From an uncultured archaeon (GTDB lineage Archaea > Asgardarchaeota > Heimdallarchaeia > Heimdallarchaeales > Heimdallarchaeaceae), in contig CAZHRF010000014.1 in assembly GCA_964534625.1 (NCBI GenBank), positions 32,809 through 48,722 on the forward strand: a stretch of 15,914 bases of DNA. The letters run 5' to 3'. Of the stretch, positions 8,164-15,375 are shown piece by piece (the stretch's first letter is position 1; the number at the start of each line of letters is the position of its first letter). The notes under the pieces are model-generated. The model was not told the DNA's origin and made no database searches. It was given only the letters and a program-made list of their open reading frames with translations. The translations under genes were made by a program, and so were the position numbers.

Positions 8164-8982
8164 TTGTGGAGAAAAAGAAAGAAAAGTAAAAATGATGATA
8201 AGCCAAATTATACAAGAGATAGAAAAGAGATTATTAATAGTTTAGAAAAAAATGGTTTTACTATAACAAAGATAATCGATTACGGGAGCAATTTTGGAAT
8301 AATAAGGGCGGAAAAAAGCGATTCGAGAATGCAAATAAGTACCTATGAAAAATTTGTTAATGATCATACAGAATTATATTTGGCGTTTGTTATACATACT
8401 GAACAGGTAAATAAAACAAATTTTAAACTGGTGCAACGAGAAGAAACTTCAGCTGATGCTGTGCCCAAGGCTTTTGATGATAGATTAGATATTATAAGTT
8501 TTGAAAGTCGAAATATAATAGATCAACTTCTACTTAACACCTCTAAAGGGGTAAAAGAAGGATTAAATAGTATTAAACCGCATCTAGAATATTTTACTCT
8601 TTCTGGTACTCAGATGGTGATAGAGTTGGGAGTGAAATATAACCTTACTACAGCCTTAGATGCTTTGAAATTCTTGTCCAATTTCCTAAATGTGATAAAA
8701 ACTCAATATAGCAAATTATTGGTCTTTTCTGGTGAAAAAAAATACATGTGTGTCTATTGCAGAAAAGAAATACCCCTTGAAGGAAAAACGTGCCCTCATT
8801 GTGGTAAAAAAGCCCCCATATGTGTTATCTGTAAAGTAGATCCTGAACCAGGGGAGGCAATAATACAATACGAGTGTTGTAACGCTTATGCACATTTAGA
8901 ACACGCTTTAAAATGGAAAGAAGTATCAGATATTTGTCCAAGTTGTAAAACTCGTGAGCCAAAGTTTAATAGGGTCGTATAA
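8164..8982 (+). CDS. Zinc-ribbon plus RING-finger-like protein (putative E3 ligase-like)
   Basis: C-terminal CVYC-x10-CPHC ribbon, followed by CVIC...CCNAYAHLEH..W..CPSC, a RING-H2-like pattern with the conserved Trp and Pro. The TTG start abuts the speA TAA, with a GGAGGAG SD at 8151-8157. Confidence 0.8.
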   Translation: MWRKRKKSKNDDKPNYTRDRKEIINSLEKNGFTITKIIDYGSNFGIIRAEKSDSRMQISTYEKFVNDHTELYLAFVIHTEQVNKTNFKLVQREETSADAVPKAFDDRLDIISFESRNIIDQLLLNTSKGVKEGLNSIKPHLEYFTLSGTQMVIELGVKYNLTTALDALKFLSNFLNVIKTQYSKLLVFSGEKKYMCVYCRKEIPLEGKTCPHCGKKAPICVICKVDPEPGEAIIQYECCNAYAHLEHALKWKEVSDICPSCKTREPKFNRVV

Positions 8983-9045
8983 ATCAATAAGATCAATAAT
9001 AATGAGATCTATCAGAACTCATGTTGCTTTAGTTACTCTTTAATT

Positions 9046-9235
9046 ATAAACTACCACTACCTAAAGACAATATAGTTTCCTGCTTCATATAAGTAGCTTA
9101 AAAATATCAGGTCCTATCTCTTCTCCACAGGATTCGTCTATAGTATTCAAAACATTTTGTTGATTTAAACTTGCTAGGGGGTATCCTTATTTCCATTCAC
9201 CACTTCTTAACACAGTACTTTCAAGAAGTGTTCTG
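9046..9235 (-). mobile_element. Degenerate non-autonomous IS200/IS605-family element (TnpB right end / omega-RNA-like remnant)
   Basis: The minus strand reads CCTGTGGAG...ATGAAGCAGGAAAC-hairpin(TTTA loop)-GGTAGTTTAT, the typical 3' end of tnpB-type elements. The far end has an 8-bp inverted repeat (CACTTCTT/AAGAAGTG, 9201-9230) preceded by TTAC|CAGAA. Confidence 0.65.
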
Positions 9236-9290
9236 GTAAGTAAGTTGCTTCTTTCTAAAACTTAATATAACTATTACTGCGGGCAAAACC

Positions 9291-9470
9291 ATTTCATCTG
9301 ATAATAAAGAATATTGTCCTAATTGTGATGAAATTATAATTACTCAAACTGATGTGTGCGACAATTGTGGAAATGAAATCAAACAGATCACCTCAGATAG
9401 CAACCCTTCTAATGTCGTGAAAGAAGAACAGAAACAAAGTGAACCAGAAAAGCAAGGTAAAAAAAGGTAG
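9291..9470 (+). CDS. Small zinc-ribbon protein (CPNC-x10-CDNC), probable ATT start; absent from the ORF track
   Basis: Open frame 9240-9470 contains (I/M)SSDNKEYCPNCDEIIITQTDVCDNCGNEIKQ...KKR*, with no ATG/GTG/TTG before the first CxxC. TTAATATA at 9262-9269 ends 21 nt before ATT 9291. Confidence 0.6.
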   Translation: MSSDNKEYCPNCDEIIITQTDVCDNCGNEIKQITSDSNPSNVVKEEQKQSEPEKQGKKR

Positions 9471-9500
9471 GAAAGAGAAAAAAAGATTTCTTTCATTTTT
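9471..9500. terminator. Bidirectional A/T-tract terminator between convergent genes
   Basis: GAAAGAGAAAAAAAGATTTCTTTCATTTTT lies between the stops at 9470 (+) and 9500 (-), giving T tracts on both strands. Confidence 0.45.
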
Positions 9501-11413
9501 TAATGAGATATAAGTAAATCTTTTCCTTTATATTCTCCTTCACCTTTGACTGTATAGGTTATTTCTACTTCTTGTTCTTCTTCAATAGTTGGGATAACCC
9601 ATTCTCTTATTTCTCCTTCATCTATTGTATCAATTACTTCAGATTCAATGGTTACCTCTTCTTCTTCAGTTTCAGGAATATTTACTTCGACATCCATTAA
9701 TTCAAATCCACTTGGAATAAGATCTTTAATAGAAACATCTTCAAGTTTTGTATTGCTTCTGTTCTTATAATAAAGCATAACTTGGTACATTCCTTCTTCC
9801 TCCATAGGTGTAACATCTTTGAATGCTGTGTATCTCCGTCTAACATGTACAATATTGAATTCGAGAATTGTATCCTCAATAGGAATATCTAAGGTAGGAG
9901 CAGGTTCTACTAATGTAGCATGAGCCATGGGTTCTGTCTCAAATTCCATTTCTGCAGGTGGGCCAGTAAGAATAGAAGTGTATTTTAAGTGAATCTGATC
10001 ATTAGGTTCAATCAACTGACTTATAGTACATACGAGATATTTTTTCTTATCTATGTCTGCACCACTAGGTTCAATTGAAAGTTCATAATCATCTGGATCA
10101 AGCTCTGTTTCTGAACCATCTTCTTTTATATGGATTACATTAACTTCTTCAAACTCGGGAGGTGCAAAGTACTCAGCAAGATGATCTCTTATGGTTAATT
10201 CTTCAAATCCAACGCTACCTTTGTTGGTAACAGTAGTTGTAACATCAACTGGAGAATTGCGGAAACTTGCAAATTTAGTTTCACTGTAACTCTTTTCACC
10301 GGTAGCATAAGCAACAGAAAGTTCGGTTTCTTCGACTTGAACATCACCAGATATTTTTGCTATAATTTCAGGTTTAACAGTATACCCTTCAACTTTTTTG
10401 AAATGAGGGAGATCTTCGCTTTCTGTCTGCCAAATTTCAGATTTCCATTTTTGTCCGCTTTCAATGATTATTTCATTAGCTTCAAAATATTCCTCGATAA
10501 TTTTTTCATCTTCAAAGGATATCTCAATCTGTCTTAATTCTATGGGAAATTCAGACGTATTCTCTATGATCAGGCTAGAATCCCACATATTTGGCTTTTC
10601 TTCTTCTTCATCAGAATCTATCCAGATTCTAGTACGAACAAAAGCATCAGCACCTGTCACAGAAAGTAAAGTTGAGCCCTTGCCTTCACCAGAATAAGTT
10701 ATGGTTATATTTCCAGTTGGTTTCTTATCTATCTCTTGTACATCATACTCACCACGTATAACTAAAGTCGCGAAAGTATCAGCATCAACATCAGCAATAT
10801 CCCAATATACCTTACCATCTTCGGTTCTAGATTCACCTAATGAAGTGGAGCTAATATCAATATTTTCCATACCAGAAGGTAAATCTTTTACTAGATGTAT
10901 TTCATTAATAGAACGTTCAAAATCAAACTCTAAAGTAATATCAGCAATAGCCCGATGACCATATACAAGTACTGAGGAAGTTTCGTCTTCTTCAGCTGCT
11001 GTATTAATAGTTTCTTTAAAAATAAACGGGAGATCTTCTTTTTCTACTTCTTTAACTGCATATGATTGCTCAAACAGCTCTTGTGGATTAAGATCATTTA
11101 TATAGAGATGGTCATCAAATTCATCAAAGTAATCGACATTTTCAAGTGCAACATCAACATCAAACAACACATCTTCTTCACCTAAGTTCTGAACAGAAAA
11201 ATAACCTTTTTTATCAATATTAAGTATATCCCAATCCCGGGAAAATTTACCGTTGATTTTTTCATCAATTGTAATAGTTAAACCATCCTCACTAGCCTCG
11301 TCTCTGTATACAGAATCTGTTCGCCAATCGTCAGAAGAGTCCATTTCATGCTGTTTTTTTTCCTCTTCTTTTTCTTTTTCATCTTTACGTCTTCGTCCAA
11401 ACAATTTATTCAC
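9500..11413 (-). CDS. Large acidic multi-beta-sandwich protein with mu-homology (delta-COP/AP-mu)-like N-terminal part and DUF11-like Ig modules
   Basis: 637 aa, GTG start, no signal peptide or TM. Repeated module V-x-V-x-N...I-x-D-x-L/I-P-x-G/F...W-x-I...E-x-x-I-x-Y. The N-terminal ITIDEKINGKFSRDW..G resembles the start of a mu-homology domain. Confidence 0.8.
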   Translation of the reverse strand: MNKLFGRRRKDEKEKEEEKKQHEMDSSDDWRTDSVYRDEASEDGLTITIDEKINGKFSRDWDILNIDKKGYFSVQNLGEEDVLFDVDVALENVDYFDEFDDHLYINDLNPQELFEQSYAVKEVEKEDLPFIFKETINTAAEEDETSSVLVYGHRAIADITLEFDFERSINEIHLVKDLPSGMENIDISSTSLGESRTEDGKVYWDIADVDADTFATLVIRGEYDVQEIDKKPTGNITITYSGEGKGSTLLSVTGADAFVRTRIWIDSDEEEEKPNMWDSSLIIENTSEFPIELRQIEISFEDEKIIEEYFEANEIIIESGQKWKSEIWQTESEDLPHFKKVEGYTVKPEIIAKISGDVQVEETELSVAYATGEKSYSETKFASFRNSPVDVTTTVTNKGSVGFEELTIRDHLAEYFAPPEFEEVNVIHIKEDGSETELDPDDYELSIEPSGADIDKKKYLVCTISQLIEPNDQIHLKYTSILTGPPAEMEFETEPMAHATLVEPAPTLDIPIEDTILEFNIVHVRRRYTAFKDVTPMEEEGMYQVMLYYKNRSNTKLEDVSIKDLIPSGFELMDVEVNIPETEEEEVTIESEVIDTIDEGEIREWVIPTIEEEQEVEITYTVKGEGEYKGKDLLISH

Positions 11414-11458
11414 CTTTTTAGGTCATAAATAGACCTATTCACTAGGTTAGTTTTCAAT

Positions 11459-11475
11459 TAATAAAAAGATTTTCG
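11459..11475 (-). promoter_or_regulatory. Putative BRE plus TATA (CGAAAATC-TTTTTATT) for the 637-aa gene
   Basis: BRE-like CGAAAA directly upstream of a T-rich TATA on the minus strand, about 45 nt from GTG 11413. Confidence 0.5.
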
Positions 11476-11743
11476 TCTATTTCATTATCAAATTATTGAG
11501 TATTGAAACTAAAACAAGCTCATTCAAAATGCTTAGAACCTAGATGTGATAGTATTTCCAAATTAACGTAAAAATTAAAGATTTTATCAAGTTAAAGCAT
11601 CTCTTAGCCTATTTGATTATTGAGATTTGGTTGTAAGGAATATACTATTTCGGAATACTATGTGAATGAAAACCTAATAATTGGAAAACAAAAATGTTCT
11701 TAAACGAAAGTTTTGTTCAATTATATGGAGTTGAAACAATAGC

Positions 11744-12058
11744 ATGTCAATTGAAGGATTAAAGATCCCAGGCGAGATTCATACTGTTGAAGGTAAAAAA
11801 AAGGATAAAGAAATTATGTTATTTACTATTAGTACCTGTCAATGGTGTCGTAAGGGAAAGAAATGGTTACAAGATAATGACTATACGTATTACTATTGTG
11901 ATATAGATAAATTAGATTTTGAAGATAAAACTAAACTCAAACAAGAATTAAAAGAGAGATTCAAGTCTAGGGTGGCTTTTCCATTTATAGTGGTAGATAA
12001 AGAACTATTTAATGTAGGATACAATCCCGAAGAGTGGAAGCAAATAATTGAAAAGTAA
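11744..12058 (+). CDS. Glutaredoxin/NrdH-like redoxin
   Basis: LFTISTCQWCRKGK CxxC motif, cis-Pro motif AFPFIVV, and GYNPEEW. Confidence 0.9.
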   Translation: MSIEGLKIPGEIHTVEGKKKDKEIMLFTISTCQWCRKGKKWLQDNDYTYYYCDIDKLDFEDKTKLKQELKERFKSRVAFPFIVVDKELFNVGYNPEEWKQIIEK

Positions 12059-12076
12059 ATAAAGAGGTCTTATATA

Positions 12077-12433
12077 ATGTCTGATACCAATAAAACTTTT
12101 GATGATGTCAAGGAATATGTAACAAGAGTGGCAAAAACAAGAGGATGGAAATTACATCCTAATCATGATAACACATTAGATATGCTTATAGAAGGATTAA
12201 GAGATTATTTTAATGCGGTTGGTTATTATAATTGCCCATGCAGAGATTCAAATAGAGATAGGAAAAAGGATCGTGATATCATGTGCCCATGCGATTATGC
12301 AGAGCCAGATATTGAAGAATATGGGAGATGTTATTGCGCATTGTTTTTTGATCCTGACTTTGATTTCGACGAAAAAACGATAGGGATGATACCTGAAAGA
12401 AGACCAATTGAAAAAGAGGCAGGATTTGAATGA
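12077..12433 (+). CDS. Ferredoxin:thioredoxin reductase catalytic (beta) subunit family protein
   Basis: Diagnostic CPCR...CPC...CYC motifs (4Fe-4S ligands plus redox disulfide). GAGG SD upstream. Apparently co-transcribed with the glutaredoxin. Confidence 0.92.
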   Translation: MSDTNKTFDDVKEYVTRVAKTRGWKLHPNHDNTLDMLIEGLRDYFNAVGYYNCPCRDSNRDRKKDRDIMCPCDYAEPDIEEYGRCYCALFFDPDFDFDEKTIGMIPERRPIEKEAGFE

Positions 12434-12529
12434 AAATATCTTTTTTTAGGAACATTTCATAAATAATCCGTTGAGAACCATTTTCATAATCCTTAATAAG
12501 ATATTGCCAAAAAAACCTTAGACGTAATT

Positions 12530-12718
12530 ATGATTTTAGGTGAAATTATTTTAGCAATTGGTATTTCATTTGTTTCAGTTTTTACTGCTGAACTAGGGCA
12601 TAAAACACAGCTTTTCTCGTTCATTTTAGGAACTTATTTTAATAAAAAGAGCTGGATTGTATTTTTGTCTGTTTTCATTGGGGTCTTCTTACACCTTTAT
12701 ATACCCCCTCTATTTTGA
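12530..12718 (+). pseudogene. Truncated TMEM165/GDT1 (UPF0016) family transporter fragment
   Basis: FVSVFTAELGHKTQL matches the EL/IGDKTQ motif but with D replaced by H. Only 62 aa, and the sequence loses membrane character after VFIGVFL. Confidence 0.6.
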
Positions 12719-13027
12719 CTACAAAGGTGAATCACCAAGCGGGTGTGGAAAAAAAAATCACAATGACTGGAAATACTTACAAAGTAACTTTAAAGAGAAA
12801 AAAGGGAAAAAACAGCTGATATTTCTCGACAGAGTATGAAAAAAGTGGACAAGTTTGTGGAAAAAGGTAGCGCGAAAAAAGGGGAGAGACTACACACGAG
12901 TGGGGACGATAAGCATAAAACCATTCAGCTTGTCAACGTATTCCTAGAAGTTTACAGTTTTCCTTTGCTTTTATATTGATGAACAGCTCTTAAAGGAAAA
13001 CTTAAGGGATAAACCAACTCTTTACAA

Positions 13028-13402
13028 TTAAATTGGGAGTTCTCTTATACGAATTCTTGCTGGTTCAACTATTATAATTGATCCCTTATCTAAAGCCTCT
13101 TTAATTTTTGGGATAGCATGTTGAAGTTTTCATCAACATTTGGAACTCTAAAATCATCGAACCTCAATATTATTGTTGATGGTTTTGAAGATTTACAGAA
13201 TGCTAGGATCTCTCCGAAATCTAAATCTGCGGTTATTATGTGATAATTATTTTCTATTGCATAACGATAGATTTCAGTGGTAGTTCATTGAAATCCCACT
13301 CTTTTTGCTAAGAACTTCATTGACTCTAACAACATTGTAGTTTAAACTTCTTAAAAAATTGACAGTTTTCGGAGATAATGCCATATCTACAAGAAATTTC
13401 AT
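13028..13402 (-). pseudogene. DUF5615 family PIN-like toxin, two frameshifts
   Basis: Reads MKFLVDMALSPKTVNFLRSLNYNVVRV..SGIS / TEIYRYAIENNYHIITADLDFGEILA..PSTIILR..VDE / KLQHAIPKIKEALDKGSIIIVEPARIRIRELPI*. Frame breaks near 13280 and 13130. The start overlaps the DUF433 stop (ATGA). Confidence 0.85.
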
Positions 13403-13620
13403 CCCATCACCGGTATTGAACTTTCTGATACACTCCAAGCAGCAAATTCTAAAGCAGCTTGAATATCATCTTCAGCTAGTTCAGGATAGGTTTCAAGAAT
13501 AGTTTTATAGGATACTTTCTTAGATAATAGTTTCAAGATAATTGTAACGGGTATTCGTGTATCTCTTATACATGGTTTTCCCCCCATTATTTCTGGGTCA
13601 ATTGTAATTTTATCAAACAT
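13399..13620 (-). CDS. DUF433 family putative antitoxin
   Basis: ITIDPEIMGGKPCIRDTRIPV...YPELAEDDIQAALEFA is the canonical DUF433 pattern. Confidence 0.93.
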   Translation of the reverse strand: MFDKITIDPEIMGGKPCIRDTRIPVTIILKLLSKKVSYKTILETYPELAEDDIQAALEFAAWSVSESSIPVMG

Positions 13621-13642
13621 TGTATGATAGTTGGAATCTAGC

Positions 13643-13650
13643 TATTTAAA
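13643..13650 (-). promoter_or_regulatory. TATA box (TTTAAATA), leaderless DUF433-DUF5615 operon
   Basis: Consensus archaeal TATA ending 22 nt before ATG 13620. Confidence 0.6.
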
Positions 13651-13947
13651 CAATATCACAAATATGATTATTAGCAACATGCAAAGCCATCACAACTATA
13701 GGCAATGGATTAGAGGTACTGGAAAATGAAAATATCGGGCACTTTTTGAAAGATTGTACATTATAACCCATCCACTTACACCTTTATCACAAATTTACAC
13801 CTAGAGGATTAATTGATTTATTCAACTAAGTCTTATTTAGGTTTAACCAAAAAACATTCATGTGTATATGATATATTTCCACCTTGGTTGGTAAGATTGT
13901 CTATTTTTCTCCTCTGTCATTTCAGTCAATTATATATAAAAAAAAGA

Positions 13948-13956
13948 ATATATATA
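13948..13956 (+). promoter_or_regulatory. TATA box for the leaderless menA-like gene
   Basis: An A-run followed by ATATATATA, ending 22 nt before GTG 13979. Confidence 0.5.
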
Positions 13957-13978
13957 GTCGTTTTTAGCTATATTTAAT

Positions 13979-15325
13979 GTGAATGAAAAAATACGCACTT
14001 TAATCAATTCTAGCTGTAAAATGACAATATCTACCAGTGGAGTAAAAAATCCTTCTATACAGAGGTTTAGCTATGTAAGAAAAAAGAAGAAATTATACAT
14101 AGCCAGCGTAGAAAATTCTAAAACTGCTCAACAAATCACATATTTTCCTCACGTTGAAATAATTATAGGCGGAGTTGAAACATATCTAAAGATAGAAGGA
14201 AGAGCCAGAGTAGTTAAAGATAATAAGGACGATAAAAAAGAAATTTTAAAAGATTTGAAGAATAAAGATCAATTAGAAGATCTAGGGATCTATTCTGTTG
14301 TATTAATCGAGATAATTCCAGTAAAAATTTATTTACCCAAAGAAGAAATCCTAGAAATATATGAAGAAAATACTCTCTCTTATATAAAGGAAGCACTCTT
14401 ATCTTTGCAATCTTCACTTAAACTTTTCTTGAAGAGTATAGGCTTACCTTTTTTATCTGCAAGTGGTCTCGCAGTTATAGTAGGAGCAAGTACAGCATAC
14501 TATGAAACAGGTTTTTTTAACTGGTATTTATTCATTTTAACATTATTGGGGATACTTCTGATTCACTCAGGCGTAGATTCAACTAATGACGTCTATGATC
14601 ATTTGAGTGGAACAGATGATATAAACAAACAAGTTACTCCTTTTTCCGCTGGAACTCAAGTGATTCAAGGGGGGCTTTATACAACATCACGGATGCTTAT
14701 TCAAGGATTAGTGTTATTTTTTTTAGGTGCAATCATTGGACTAATTATTAATTTCAGTATTCCAGGAAATACTGTTTTGTTTCTTGGAATAGGGGGTATT
14801 TTCCTAGGGTTCTTTTATGTTGCATTTCCCATTAAATATGCGTATAGAAGCTTGGGTGAAATAGGGTTGTTTCTAGGTTTTGGACCTTTAACTGTCTATG
14901 GAGCATATTATGTTCAGAATCATAGTTGGTCATTGCGCCCGTTATTACTTTCAGTTAATGTGGGACTACTAATCTATAGTACATTATTTATCAATGAATT
15001 CCCAGATGTGGAAGCAGATCTTTATGCAAAAAAGTATACCTGGGTAGTTAAGTTGGGAAAAAATAAAAGCAAGATTATTTATTCAATTGGAGTAGGGATA
15101 GTTTATCTGTTGCATGCAATATTTATAATTTTGAATTTTTTACCTGTCTTAGCTGTTTTTTGTTATCTTTCTCTCCCTATTGCATTAAAAGCAATGATTA
15201 TTACAATTAAGCATAGTGACAATTTTAAGATTATGCTGGGAGCACAAACATTGACTATTCTTACAATGATTGTGTACACCGCATTATTGTCTTTAATACT
15301 GATTATAAGCCGCCTTTTTGCGTAA
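13979..15325 (+). CDS. menA: MenA-like UbiA-family prenyltransferase with N-terminal pyridoxamine-5'-phosphate-oxidase-like split-barrel domain
   Basis: UbiA/MenA Asp-rich motifs NDVYDHLSGTD and NEFPDVEADLYAKKYT, plus YAYRSLGE, GFGPL and about 9 TM. The N-terminal ~125 aa (TISTS..P..LYIAS..S.TAQQI..PHVEI..IEGRARVV..LIEIIP) look like an FMN-binding split barrel. Confidence 0.82.
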   Translation: MNEKIRTLINSSCKMTISTSGVKNPSIQRFSYVRKKKKLYIASVENSKTAQQITYFPHVEIIIGGVETYLKIEGRARVVKDNKDDKKEILKDLKNKDQLEDLGIYSVVLIEIIPVKIYLPKEEILEIYEENTLSYIKEALLSLQSSLKLFLKSIGLPFLSASGLAVIVGASTAYYETGFFNWYLFILTLLGILLIHSGVDSTNDVYDHLSGTDDINKQVTPFSAGTQVIQGGLYTTSRMLIQGLVLFFLGAIIGLIINFSIPGNTVLFLGIGGIFLGFFYVAFPIKYAYRSLGEIGLFLGFGPLTVYGAYYVQNHSWSLRPLLLSVNVGLLIYSTLFINEFPDVEADLYAKKYTWVVKLGKNKSKIIYSIGVGIVYLLHAIFIILNFLPVLAVFCYLSLPIALKAMIITIKHSDNFKIMLGAQTLTILTMIVYTALLSLILIISRLFA

Positions 15326-15375
15326 TAAAAAAAGTATTTTTAGTTGTTTTTTTAATTATCACCAGTTATAATTAG

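Noticed and set aside
9697-10958. ORFs 9697-9879, 10337-10537, 10464-10697 and 10701-10958
   Set aside because: Shadows of the 637-aa gene. The Ser/Phe-rich composition of the antisense ones mirrors its Glu/Lys codons.
12701-12709. ATACCCCCT shared with the IS-like element (9176-9184, minus strand)
   Set aside because: A 9-bp match is too short to distinguish from chance.
12657-12839. 60-aa plus-strand ORF
   Set aside because: No family motif, and it does not continue the TMEM165 sequence.
12926-12945. CAGCTTGTCAACGTATT, vaguely like an ISH3-type terminus
   Set aside because: No partner inverted repeat or transposase ORF was found.
14214-14417. 67-aa antisense ORF
   Set aside because: Lies within the menA-like gene and has no independent support.
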